Assembly (NCBI GenBank): GCA_029258825.1
Contig: JAPDKA010000008.1
Coordinates: 39,548 to 103,547 of the forward strand
DNA length: 64,000 nt
DNA from: an archaeon
GTDB lineage: Archaea; Nanobdellota; Nanobdellia; Pacearchaeales; JAPDKA01
Direction: 5' to 3'
Positions 26,299-36,005 of the stretch are shown here, one piece after another (position 1 is the first letter of the stretch; each line of letters opens with the position of its first letter). The position numbers were made by a program, and so were the translations under genes. The notes below the pieces were generated by a model. The model was not told where the DNA came from and searched no databases. It saw only the letters and a list, made by a program, of their open reading frames with translations.

Positions 26299-28788
26299 AT
26301 GAAAAAAGAGGTATCAGCAGTGTTAGTTATTTTGTTGTGTGTTTTACTTTGCGTCTTTGTTAACGCACAGTCTGATGCTTATACATGGTTAAAGCAGCAG
26401 GTTTATACAGGAAACTTGAACACAGAACAGCTTAGTTATGCTTTACTTGCACTTTCTAACGATAATATTGCTACAATGATTGTTAATATGCTTTATGGCA
26501 AAAGCTATAACATGCAATGTTTTGCAACTGACACAGCAAGCAGTGAACAAGCATGTAATGCTTACGATACAGCTATTGCAGCATTTGCTTTAAGTAAAGC
26601 TGGAAAAAGCATTACAGATATTCTTGATTGGTTGAAAGCACATAAACATGTAGTGCAAGTTGATGCTTGGTATGTACAAGTAATTACTGATAATGCAAAA
26701 ACATGTACTTTACGTTATTATGATGGTGGTCAACTTAAGGAAGTTGCTTTGAGCATTACAGAGCAAGGAATACAGTTAAGCAATGATAATTGCGTTTCTG
26801 TTCCAGATAATTTTCCTTTTTGGCTTGAAATTGAACAAAATTGCTTTGATAAAGAATTTGTGTTGCAGTGTGATAACACTATTAAACTTATCCCTGCTTT
26901 TAAGCTAGCGAATCAGTTAATTGCCGTATCTACTGTTTATGGTGTTGGCCAAGCTGTCAGTTTTAAACAAGATGTGTATTGTATTGCAAATGCAAATAGC
27001 GATTGCGATTATGTTGCTAGTGCTTTGTATTATTACTTAACGCACGATTCAAGCGTGTTGCCGTATTTAATGCTTTATGCAAGTAAGGCAAAAGAACAAG
27101 GCATTTTTGCAGACGCATGGCTTTATTTTGTTACATCACAAGAATCGTTTAAACAATCAATGGAGAAATACAAAACAATTTTGCCTGGAGATAAAGCTTA
27201 CTATGCATTAAGCGATATCTACTTTGATACCTGTCTTGCTGGTTTGGCATTGAGCGAAAATGCAGATAGTACTACTGATATTCAGGCATATTTTGAGGAT
27301 TATCTTGGCGATAATGGTATTAATGGTGATGTTATTGTAACAGCACTTGCTTTGTATGTGTTTTGGCCTTCTTATGGTGTAGCATGTAGTGTTGTTGGTG
27401 GTCAATGCAAGCAAGAGTGTAGCAGTGGTGAAGTGCAGACGCAGCATTACTGTAGTGAAGGTGTTTGCTGTAAACCTACTGTATGTAATCCTGATTGGTG
27501 TAAAGCGTCCTGTAGCGATAATGAACAGCAAGTTCAACTTTTTTGCGAGTCTGGTGTTTGCTGTAAGCCTGTAACAAGTAATCCTTCAGAGTGTGATTCT
27601 GCTGGCGGTTCTTGTGTTAGTTCTTGCTTGGATGATGAAATCCAAATAGATAAGCAATGTGATTCTGGTTTAGTGTGTTGCAAGAAAAAATCTCGTGCTA
27701 CTTGTGATGAACTGCATGGCCATATATGTGGTAGTAATGAAGAATGTGTTGTTAACAACCAAATAGTTTCATTTATTACAAGCATTGATTCAGATAGATG
27801 CTGTCTTGGTACTTGTCAAGAACGCAAAGAATCATGCGATGCTTTAGGTGGTGTAATTTGTAGCAGTGGTTATTGTTTAAACAATCAATGGCTTAATGCA
27901 ATAGAGCAGTATTGCTGTAGACGGTCGTATTGTGCTGATACTGCAACATGCAGTCAGCTTGGTGGTGAAATTTGCGACAGCGATGAGATTTGTAAAGATG
28001 GTTTGATGGTTGCAACAAGTGATACGCAGTATTGTTGTGTTCAAGGTGGAAAGTGTGTTAAACGTTCCTGTGATGGTATAGGCGAATTGTGTGAGCCTGG
28101 CGAAATTTGCGACGGCACTACAGTCGAAACAGCAGAAGGTTTGTGTTGTGTCGGCGAATGTGTTGGCGATTGTGCTGATATGGGTGGACAGATTTGTGAT
28201 GAAGGCTATAGATGCAGCACAGATTTTGTTGAAGCTGCCGACACTTCGTTTTGTTGTTTAGGTGAGTGCAAAAAAACAAACATAGCTTTGATTTTGATTG
28301 TGTTATTTGGCATTCTTGCTGTTTCTGGTTTGTTGTTCATGCTAAAGCATAAATATAAGCCAGGCAAAAAGCGAAAGCAATTGCCAATGCAACCATCAAT
28401 GCAAACGCAACAAGCCAGATTAATGCCACAAATGCGACAACCAAAATTAATGCGACAGGCAATGCAACCAATACCCCAAACAATGCCACAAGCAATGCAA
28501 ATACCACAAATGAGACAAACACAAATGCAACCACGAGTAATGCAAAAAGCAATGCAAGTAAAGCGACAGCCATTACCACAAAGACCAATAATGCCATCAA
28601 TGCCAAAAATGCCAAAACCATCTCAAATCATTGAAGCGAAAGCAAAACAATTACCAAAGTTGGAGCAGCAGACAAAACAAAATTTAATACAAGTTAAAAA
28701 AATAGAGAAAAAGAAAGAGAAAAAAAGCAAAGTTAGCGAGATTGATAAAAATATAGAAAAAATTAAAAAGTATTTGTCTAATTTATAA
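26299..28788 (+). CDS. secreted cysteine-rich surface protein (829 aa) with a C-terminal TM anchor and an M/P/Q-rich tail
   Basis: Sec signal ending VNA|QS. Then an alpha-helical repeat-like N-domain, 3 modules ending GVCCKP, 5 modules of CDxLGGxIC...CC.G.C, a TM (IALILIVLFGILAVSGLLFML), and a low-complexity tail. Confidence 0.85.
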   Translation: MKKEVSAVLVILLCVLLCVFVNAQSDAYTWLKQQVYTGNLNTEQLSYALLALSNDNIATMIVNMLYGKSYNMQCFATDTASSEQACNAYDTAIAAFALSKAGKSITDILDWLKAHKHVVQVDAWYVQVITDNAKTCTLRYYDGGQLKEVALSITEQGIQLSNDNCVSVPDNFPFWLEIEQNCFDKEFVLQCDNTIKLIPAFKLANQLIAVSTVYGVGQAVSFKQDVYCIANANSDCDYVASALYYYLTHDSSVLPYLMLYASKAKEQGIFADAWLYFVTSQESFKQSMEKYKTILPGDKAYYALSDIYFDTCLAGLALSENADSTTDIQAYFEDYLGDNGINGDVIVTALALYVFWPSYGVACSVVGGQCKQECSSGEVQTQHYCSEGVCCKPTVCNPDWCKASCSDNEQQVQLFCESGVCCKPVTSNPSECDSAGGSCVSSCLDDEIQIDKQCDSGLVCCKKKSRATCDELHGHICGSNEECVVNNQIVSFITSIDSDRCCLGTCQERKESCDALGGVICSSGYCLNNQWLNAIEQYCCRRSYCADTATCSQLGGEICDSDEICKDGLMVATSDTQYCCVQGGKCVKRSCDGIGELCEPGEICDGTTVETAEGLCCVGECVGDCADMGGQICDEGYRCSTDFVEAADTSFCCLGECKKTNIALILIVLFGILAVSGLLFMLKHKYKPGKKRKQLPMQPSMQTQQARLMPQMRQPKLMRQAMQPIPQTMPQAMQIPQMRQTQMQPRVMQKAMQVKRQPLPQRPIMPSMPKMPKPSQIIEAKAKQLPKLEQQTKQNLIQVKKIEKKKEKKSKVSEIDKNIEKIKKYLSNL
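28378..28626 (+). repeat. coding low-complexity imperfect repeat (M/P/Q-rich: MQP, MPQ, MRQ units)
   Basis: Translation QLPMQPSMQTQQARLMPQMRQPKLMRQAMQPIPQTMPQAMQIPQMRQTQMQPRVMQKAMQ...MPSMPKMPKPSQ. At DNA level aatgc[ac]a-type units recur. Confidence 0.8.
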
Positions 28789-28791
28789 TTG

Positions 28792-29553
28792 ATGCTAAAA
28801 AGAGGTCAGATTTCAATTTTTGTTATAATCGCATTGATATTGGTATTTTCAACCATATTGTTTTTTCTGCTTAGACCTGTCATTTTTCGTTCAAAATTTG
28901 AGTTACCAGATTTAAATGGATATATGAAACAATGTATAGAATTAAAGTTTGGGCCAATAATTGATAATGTTAGTGCTAAAGGAGGATATCTAGAACCTCA
29001 GCTAGCAGTGATATATCATCAAATACCTAGGGCATACCTATGCTATACAACAGAGCCTTATGCAGCTTGTGAGCAGTTAGTGCCTATGTTAAAAGACCAT
29101 ATAGAATCTGAATTGAAGAGTGTTATGCAAGATAAAGCAATTGTCCAACAATGTTTGGAAGAATTTAAAGAACAAATCTCGCGTGGTGGATATGTTTTAA
29201 CATATTCTAGACCAGAAATAGATGTTAAGATAGTTCCAGAAAATGTTTTAGTATCAATTAATACTTCTGTAGTAATTAGTAGAGAAGACGAAATTACAAA
29301 GTTTAATCATTTTGATATTCAATTTAATCATCCTCTTTATGATTATATAATCATAGCAAAAAAAATAATAAGCGAATCTATAATTAATCATTATTTTGAT
29401 CCTGCATCATATATGATAATGCATCAAAGTGTTATAATTGACGAATCTTCTGTTAGTGATGGTAGTAGAGTCTATGTGATAAGAAAGAGAAACTCTAATA
29501 AGGAATTCGGCTTTGCTATAAGAAATTATGTTTTTCCAGGAGGTGTAGTGTAA
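28792..29553 (+). CDS. pilin-like protein (class-III signal peptide, RG|QISIF)
   Basis: MLKRGQISIFVIIALILVFSTILFFLL has a charged residue, G, Q at +1 and a hydrophobic helix, as in EppA/PibD substrates. The ATG lies 3 nt after the upstream stop. It ends ...FGFAIRNY, like its paralog 33188-34039. Confidence 0.7.
   Translation: MLKRGQISIFVIIALILVFSTILFFLLRPVIFRSKFELPDLNGYMKQCIELKFGPIIDNVSAKGGYLEPQLAVIYHQIPRAYLCYTTEPYAACEQLVPMLKDHIESELKSVMQDKAIVQQCLEEFKEQISRGGYVLTYSRPEIDVKIVPENVLVSINTSVVISREDEITKFNHFDIQFNHPLYDYIIIAKKIISESIINHYFDPASYMIMHQSVIIDESSVSDGSRVYVIRKRNSNKEFGFAIRNYVFPGGVV
29539..29545 (+). promoter_or_regulatory. Shine-Dalgarno-like GGAGGTG for the internal operon gene 29555
   Basis: Sits 9 nt upstream of the ATG at 29555 and is complementary to the CCUCC end of archaeal 16S rRNA. 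Confidence 0.5.
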
Positions 29554-29554
29554 A

Positions 29555-32500
29555 ATGAGAAATCGTTATACCATGCTAGAGAAAGGAAGGATTTTCGAAG
29601 CATTATTCATTATTATAGTTATATTGGTGTCAATTTTTGCTTCAGCATACTTTTTTAACCAATATGTTTCTGTTGTTCGTGCTGAAGAAGTGGGTTGTTG
29701 TGTTCAAAAAGAAGGTTTAAGTGGTTATTATTGTCAAGATCAAACTGATAGCGAAGGTTGTAGCTCTTATGTTGGGAGGTCTTGCTCTGAAGTCTATGAG
29801 TGTCAGCTTGGTTGTTGTATAGATTCTGAAGGTTTACCTACACCAAACACCCATAGGGGTGACTGTACTGGTGTTTTTATAGAGGAGGACCCTTATTGTG
29901 AAACTGTTCAGCTTGGTTGTTGTGTTTATGGTGTTAATGCTGAGTTAACGACAGAGCAGAGATGTGTAGATATACTACACGGGAGCTGGCATGGAGATAT
30001 TACAGATCAGATAGAATGCTTTAGCCAAATTGAAGGTGCAGATCGTGGTACTTGTAGATTGGCTACGAGGTGTGCGTACGTTACTCAGGAAGAATGCGAA
30101 GAGCTTGGTGGTTTTGATTTTGTTCCTGGATTAAAACCTATAGATGATCCTAACTGTAACTGCGAGATTGTAGATGATAAAGGAAAATGTATAGACGGTC
30201 TTCAACATGTTTACGAATACGATACTTGTGGCAATGTTTATCCTGACAGGATTCGTAATGAGTGCAATTCGGATGAGTGGTGTATAGATGATGAATGTCA
30301 GTCTACAGACTGTACTAATGTATATGATAACTGGAACGAGTCTAACCAGGGCTTTACAGGGAAGCCAGGTAACCATGGTAAAACCCGTCATCACGGAGAG
30401 TCATGGTGTGTTTATGATATTCCTGATAGAACTTTTTACTACACTCCTATTGGCGGGCTTGACCCTGTTGGAAGTGAACATTGGTTGGCTAAATGTTTGT
30501 ATGGTAAGGTTTATGTTTCGCCACCACCACAGCCATATAGACAGTACATATGTTTTGAAACACTTATCGATGCTGATACAGGGGAAATAGCAAAAGAAGA
30601 TGGTACTCCTATTATGAGGGATAAGAGATATAAAAACAACAACTATAGGTCATTTGCGTTTTGGGTGCTCAACCCGTGGAGAGAGTGCTATTTAATCCAG
30701 GATGAAGAGCAATGCAGAGAACATCCTTGGTGTTACTGGGTTACTGACTTGAATTACAGTGCAGGATTTTTGACAGAGGATAAAGACAATGATATAGCAA
30801 AATGGTTCGGGATTAAGGATGAAAGTTTGGAAAAAATAACAGGTTTTCCAGGATCTGAAATACTTGGCATAGACGAAATCGCAGCTCCAGTTAGATGCTT
30901 GCCTAGGGTTGCACCAGGTTTTGACGAGAACGGTAAAGTTCTATGCGATCTCGCCACAGTACAGTGTACTCTTGAAGATCGATTGATAGGCGATACAAAC
31001 CCTGAATGTGATGATGCTCCTTGGATTGAGTTAATGGCACAAAGATGTAGGGCAATGGGTGATTGCGGTCCTAACATGAATTGGTTAGGAAAGGTTAGCG
31101 ATCCTGCATGGGAGAACAGTATCCTTGCAGCTGAAATCAATCCAGAAAAAGACGATGCAGGCAACATAATTGGAAAGGATATAGAAGGATTGTGGGATCT
31201 AAAGGAGGGAGATGATTTTAAAAAGATTCAAGCTTCTGCTGGAGAGAGGGGCTGGGGGAGAAAGATTGCTACTGGTGTAGGAAAGTTTCTTCTTGTCCCT
31301 GCAGGTTGGCTTGCTGGTGTGGCTAGTGTGGTGGTAGAGGCTGTTGCCATAGCTAACATCCCGTTTGCTGCTTTTAATAAAGGTTTTCTTTGGAAATCTT
31401 TATCTTTTTCTACAACTGGAGCTATTGTGGCAGTCGCTGGACTTATAGTTTATCTCGTTGGTTGTTACTTGACTAATCATGGTTGGCGTGTTGTCGGAGA
31501 AACGTTGAAATCTATAGGTGTAGGTATGATGGCTGGAGGGTTGGCAGTTGCTTTGGGTGCAAGTGGCCCAGTAGGTTGGGCTGTAGGAATAGCAGCTGCT
31601 GTGATTTATGCTGTATTTTTTGCTACTTGGGATGTTGACCATGTTGTTGTTAAATGTGCTGGTTGGGTTCCTCCTTATAGTGGTGAAGACTGTAGCAAAT
31701 GTAATGACGATCCATATAGGCCTTGCTCAAAGTACAGATGCGAATCTTTGGGTGCAGCATGCAAGTTTGTTAATGAGGTTGGGGGCATACCATTAGCTGA
31801 TAGTGATGCTGTGTGCGTATCAGAAGAAAACGATGGCCAGCCTCCTTACATTGTAGAGATATCTGCAGAAGATGATGTGGGAAATAGTCTCGATGTGAGT
31901 CCAAGCACAACATCAGGACCAACAACAATTAATGTTCAAGCTAGTGATGGCGGAGACTTAGATCCTGGTGTTCCTGTGATTCTTCATATGAAATTTAACG
32001 AAAGAGTTCTTTGTAAATGGGACATAACAGAAAAGGACAGCATGGAGGATATGGCTTTTTCTGTTGATGGTAGGTTTAGCAATGAGAAAACATTGCTACT
32101 TGGTACAAGTCCGTTAAGGGTAAACCAACAAGTTTTCCTAAGATGTGCAGATGTTTATGGAAACGAAAATAGTGCAAGTTATATCATAAAATTTGATGTA
32201 AAGGATGTTTCATACGATATATTTCCACCAAGAATATTAGCTACCAACCCTCCAGATGGTGCTTATATAGGTTTTGATAAAAACAAAATAGATGTGTTAG
32301 TTTATCTCAACAGGCCTGCAGAGTGTAAATGGGCAAATTCAGATATGTCTTATGATGATATGACAACTGAAAAGTGCACTACAGAGCCTGCCATGGCAGG
32401 ATTAATATGTAACCTTACAAATGTAGATGTTAGTAGTGAAATTAACAATATCTACATAAGATGTAAATCTTCAGATGCAGGAGAAACGGCACCAACTTCA

Positions 32501-33061
32501 TTGAAAGTTATAACTTTAAGAAAAGCGCCACCAATACAGATTGTTAACATAGAACCTAATGACACGACGGTTTATCTTGGTCCCGACAATATGGCAGTAG
32601 AGTTAACTGTTCATACAGCTGGAGGTATTGATAATACCGGTACAAGCGTTTGTTATTATTTAACCGATTCAGACAAGGTTCCTTTTGATACGACGGGAAC
32701 TAACTTACATAAAACCCTTGTTCCTGTTGAGGAAGGAAAAAATGACATTACTGTGTCTTGCTGCTTATATAGCTCTTGCGTTGATGCTCATGCGGTATTT
32801 AATGTTCAACTAGATACTGTGCCACCTAAAATAAAAGCTATTTACAAGGAAGATAATAAATTAATTGTTAAAACAGACGAAATTGCGGAGTGCAAATACA
32901 GTACAGAAAGTTGTGAAGCAGTAGCAAACGGCGAAACAATGGTTACAAGTTTGGGTTTAGTTCATTCTATCTCTTTAAGTACAGGAATGGATACTTATTA
33001 TATTCAATGTAAAGACAAATATAACAATCAAGGAGAATGTGTTTCTGTTAAGGTGGTGTAA
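29555..33061 (+). CDS. giant cysteine-rich membrane/surface protein (1168 aa)
   Basis: N-terminal hydrophobic helix after EKG|RIFEA. Then GCC-type Cys modules, a Gly/Ala-rich block of about 4 helices (about nt 31265-31625), a Cys knot CSKC...C...CESLGAACKF, and 4 C-terminal modules of the EC[KR][WY]...Y[IV][KR]C type. Confidence 0.85.
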   Translation: MRNRYTMLEKGRIFEALFIIIVILVSIFASAYFFNQYVSVVRAEEVGCCVQKEGLSGYYCQDQTDSEGCSSYVGRSCSEVYECQLGCCIDSEGLPTPNTHRGDCTGVFIEEDPYCETVQLGCCVYGVNAELTTEQRCVDILHGSWHGDITDQIECFSQIEGADRGTCRLATRCAYVTQEECEELGGFDFVPGLKPIDDPNCNCEIVDDKGKCIDGLQHVYEYDTCGNVYPDRIRNECNSDEWCIDDECQSTDCTNVYDNWNESNQGFTGKPGNHGKTRHHGESWCVYDIPDRTFYYTPIGGLDPVGSEHWLAKCLYGKVYVSPPPQPYRQYICFETLIDADTGEIAKEDGTPIMRDKRYKNNNYRSFAFWVLNPWRECYLIQDEEQCREHPWCYWVTDLNYSAGFLTEDKDNDIAKWFGIKDESLEKITGFPGSEILGIDEIAAPVRCLPRVAPGFDENGKVLCDLATVQCTLEDRLIGDTNPECDDAPWIELMAQRCRAMGDCGPNMNWLGKVSDPAWENSILAAEINPEKDDAGNIIGKDIEGLWDLKEGDDFKKIQASAGERGWGRKIATGVGKFLLVPAGWLAGVASVVVEAVAIANIPFAAFNKGFLWKSLSFSTTGAIVAVAGLIVYLVGCYLTNHGWRVVGETLKSIGVGMMAGGLAVALGASGPVGWAVGIAAAVIYAVFFATWDVDHVVVKCAGWVPPYSGEDCSKCNDDPYRPCSKYRCESLGAACKFVNEVGGIPLADSDAVCVSEENDGQPPYIVEISAEDDVGNSLDVSPSTTSGPTTINVQASDGGDLDPGVPVILHMKFNERVLCKWDITEKDSMEDMAFSVDGRFSNEKTLLLGTSPLRVNQQVFLRCADVYGNENSASYIIKFDVKDVSYDIFPPRILATNPPDGAYIGFDKNKIDVLVYLNRPAECKWANSDMSYDDMTTEKCTTEPAMAGLICNLTNVDVSSEINNIYIRCKSSDAGETAPTSLKVITLRKAPPIQIVNIEPNDTTVYLGPDNMAVELTVHTAGGIDNTGTSVCYYLTDSDKVPFDTTGTNLHKTLVPVEEGKNDITVSCCLYSSCVDAHAVFNVQLDTVPPKIKAIYKEDNKLIVKTDEIAECKYSTESCEAVANGETMVTSLGLVHSISLSTGMDTYYIQCKDKYNNQGECVSVKVV

Positions 33062-33187
33062 ATTTGAAATCAAATTTATTTTTCTTACTAACACCTCTTT
33101 TTTTAATCATTGCTTACTTAACAAATTGAGAGTTTATAAAATTAATGACACAAAAAGTTTTATAAATCTAAAAATAGTATCATCAGT

Positions 33188-34039
33188 ATGCTATTTAATG
33201 CTAAAAGAGGTAACACTAAAGCACAGATTGCTGTTTGGGTTATCGTTGCCGCTGTCATTGTTGTTGCTGGGCTTATTACTTATGCTGTAAAACCCGACTT
33301 GTTTAGGGTAGGATTTAGCAAGCAAAAAGCAAGTCAGATTCTCGAAACTCAAGCAAGCAACTTGCAGGACGCTATTGCTTACTGTGTTGAGCAAGCAGCA
33401 AAATACTGCTTTGATAAGCTTGGCAAGCATGCAGGTTATTACAACTATGATTTTCTTTCAACAATTCACTATGCTGACAGCGATAAAGTTGTTGTGATGT
33501 ATAAAGATGCAAAAGCAAACCGCATAAACAAGTTGCCTTCGCTTGAACAAATTTTAAACAGAGAATTTCAAGCATGCATGGATGCTGAAGGTTGGGAAAT
33601 GATTGACACATGTGTTGATTTCCGTAAATATCAACGTTATTTTAGCATTGCTGAATTAAAGCCAAGAAGCATAACAGCAAGCAGTGATTATGCTAACGAC
33701 GCAATAATCATCAATGTTGACTGGCCATTGCAGTTAACCAAGTTTACTTTTGCTGGTAGAGTAAGCAAGCAGATAAATCAAAAACAGGTTGTGCTTTTGC
33801 TTCCTCTTGAAAAAGTATGGAGGGTTGCTAACGATATTGTCAATTTTGAGGTTCAGCAAAAAAACTTCATTGAACATATTGAAAGCTATTTGCAAAACAA
33901 TCAAGTTGCATTAAGGCAAATAACTTTTAAAATTCAGAACTATCCTACATATATGCAAACAATATACATGATTGAAACAATTCCATATCGTTATGGTGAA
34001 GAAAAATTCAGCTTTCATTTCGCTGTAGATAGAAGTTAA
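33188..34039 (+). CDS. pilin-like protein (TKA|QIAVWVIV), paralog of 28792-29553
   Basis: MLFNAKRGNTKAQIAVWVIVAAVIVVAGL. The C-terminus ...FSFHFAVDRS parallels ...FGFAIRNY. Confidence 0.7.
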   Translation: MLFNAKRGNTKAQIAVWVIVAAVIVVAGLITYAVKPDLFRVGFSKQKASQILETQASNLQDAIAYCVEQAAKYCFDKLGKHAGYYNYDFLSTIHYADSDKVVVMYKDAKANRINKLPSLEQILNREFQACMDAEGWEMIDTCVDFRKYQRYFSIAELKPRSITASSDYANDAIIINVDWPLQLTKFTFAGRVSKQINQKQVVLLLPLEKVWRVANDIVNFEVQQKNFIEHIESYLQNNQVALRQITFKIQNYPTYMQTIYMIETIPYRYGEEKFSFHFAVDRS

Positions 34040-34040
34040 A

Positions 34041-35996
34041 ATGAAAAAAATAATGCTAGCAATGCTTGCAGCAGTGTTGCTAGTTGTAGCTAGCACTAGC
34101 TTAACAAGCTTTGTTAAGGCAGAGCAATATGGATGCTGTGTTATCACGAATGATGGGCATTACTGTGTTGACAATGCTGCTGAATCAAGCTGTCAGTCTG
34201 GCTGGTTCTTTATTGGGGCATGTGCTGATGTTTATCCTGAATGTAAGCCAGTAACATGCATAACTGAGCAGGGCAATTGTATGGATAATGTGCCTAAGCT
34301 TGTTTGCGAACATGAATATGACGGCAGTGTTGACTATACTGATAAATGCGAGAAGGGTTGCTGCATTGTTGGTAGTTACTGCGATTATGTTGAGTTTGCT
34401 AAATGCGAATATTGGGCAAGAAACTTGACAATTGATGTTTCTGAGATTGGATTTTATCCTGAAATAACCAACCAGCATGATTGCTTGTTAAAATGCAGTG
34501 CTTCTGATAGGGGAACGTGCATAAAATCTGATGGACAGTGTGTTTACACTACACGCGGTAATTGTGACGGTGAGTTTGTTGCTAATACTTATCCTTATCA
34601 AATCCCTCACTGTAATGTTGAGCATTGCGTAAGGCTTGGTTGTGGTATTATGCCAGGCGATGAAAACAAGATCTGCTGTTTCGATTCTGCTGGTAATCAG
34701 GAGGAATGCCCTGTTGCTTGCGAAGAAGGCATAAGCATATGTACTGCATGCGATGGTGAAAACTGTAATGCAAACTGCCGGGGCGAGAGAAGGGTAACTG
34801 TTGGAGGCAGTACTGACGAGTCTGATTGTTCTTTTGGTGATACTAACAACAATGAAAAACTTGACACTTTTGAGCCGTATTGTAAAAAAACACAATGTAG
34901 TTTAGAAGGAGTATTTAATCAGGAACTTACAGGGATAAATGTTACAAGAGATAAAGTTATTGTAAGCATAACAGCCTATTTCCATGGAAATGAATGGATT
35001 TCTTTGGATGATGGCCATGCAGTTTGCTCTAATATGATATATGCAAACGTTACTAAGGAGGACAGCGTATTTGTTGAATTTGATTGTAAAGATGTTAACG
35101 GAAACCCTTGTCCAAAAAATAATAATGATTTTGCTGAAGCATACAAAAACTACACAGCTTATTTAGCTGGCCGAACTACAGGGTTGCAGGCATACAAGGT
35201 TGTATGCCATAACGGTGAGCTTATATGGACAGGTTTAAGCAGTGACAGAAAACAGCTTTGCTTGAACGATGAAGAGAATATAGCAACATATCTTGTTGAG
35301 AACAATTATGAAGAGTGTGAAAAATGCGGTGTTGATACTGGTGCTGGCGGTAGGTGGCGAGACCCTCTCGGCGATTTGCTTGGAAGGGGTTTGCTTGGTG
35401 CTTGGCTTGGCCAACTTGTATCTAATCAGTGCAAGCCTGCTGATTGCAGAAACATTACTGTTAGGGCAGGAAACAAAACGATTGCTGTTTGTGATTATGC
35501 TCGCAAATTCCAGTGGAGAGGGTCGGCAACTATTGGTAGATGCGTGCCGAGGTTTGCTCCTGGTACGTCTGATTTGTGTGAAACATGCGGTGCTGGGGGC
35601 GACTGGATTAGCAACACATGTCATGCTGGTGAGTGCTACGCTTTAGGCAACTGCGAGTTTACAGAAAACAATCCAGGCATGAAGCTTTGGATCTTCACGA
35701 TACATTCACTTGGAACATTTATAAGCTCATTGTATACCACTAGTTGGATAAGGTGTATTCCGATAGCCTCTCTTGTAGAATGTGAAGGTAAAGGACTTTC
35801 AGGAAGTGGTGTCGCTTGTTTTATAGTGAAATATCCTATTTGTACATTTATTAAAGAGCCAATTGAAGTTAGTAAACCTTTATTTGATGTATTGAGTGTT
35901 GGACATAAAACAGTTAAAGGAGCGCTTAAAGATATTTGGGACGCGTTATCTACAATCGATTTCATAAAAGGGATTATGAAAAAAGCCTCAAGCTAA
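34041..35996 (+). CDS. secreted cysteine-rich protein (651 aa), paralogous to the N-half of 29555-33061
   Basis: Sec signal ending VKA|EQ. It shares with the 1168-aa protein the GCC modules, DRGTC...C.Y.T, RCVPRFAPG, and the knot CETC...C...CYALGNCEF. Its C-terminus is hydrophobic. Confidence 0.85.
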   Translation: MKKIMLAMLAAVLLVVASTSLTSFVKAEQYGCCVITNDGHYCVDNAAESSCQSGWFFIGACADVYPECKPVTCITEQGNCMDNVPKLVCEHEYDGSVDYTDKCEKGCCIVGSYCDYVEFAKCEYWARNLTIDVSEIGFYPEITNQHDCLLKCSASDRGTCIKSDGQCVYTTRGNCDGEFVANTYPYQIPHCNVEHCVRLGCGIMPGDENKICCFDSAGNQEECPVACEEGISICTACDGENCNANCRGERRVTVGGSTDESDCSFGDTNNNEKLDTFEPYCKKTQCSLEGVFNQELTGINVTRDKVIVSITAYFHGNEWISLDDGHAVCSNMIYANVTKEDSVFVEFDCKDVNGNPCPKNNNDFAEAYKNYTAYLAGRTTGLQAYKVVCHNGELIWTGLSSDRKQLCLNDEENIATYLVENNYEECEKCGVDTGAGGRWRDPLGDLLGRGLLGAWLGQLVSNQCKPADCRNITVRAGNKTIAVCDYARKFQWRGSATIGRCVPRFAPGTSDLCETCGAGGDWISNTCHAGECYALGNCEFTENNPGMKLWIFTIHSLGTFISSLYTTSWIRCIPIASLVECEGKGLSGSGVACFIVKYPICTFIKEPIEVSKPLFDVLSVGHKTVKGALKDIWDALSTIDFIKGIMKKASS

Positions 35997-36005
35997 ACAG
36001 TTAAA

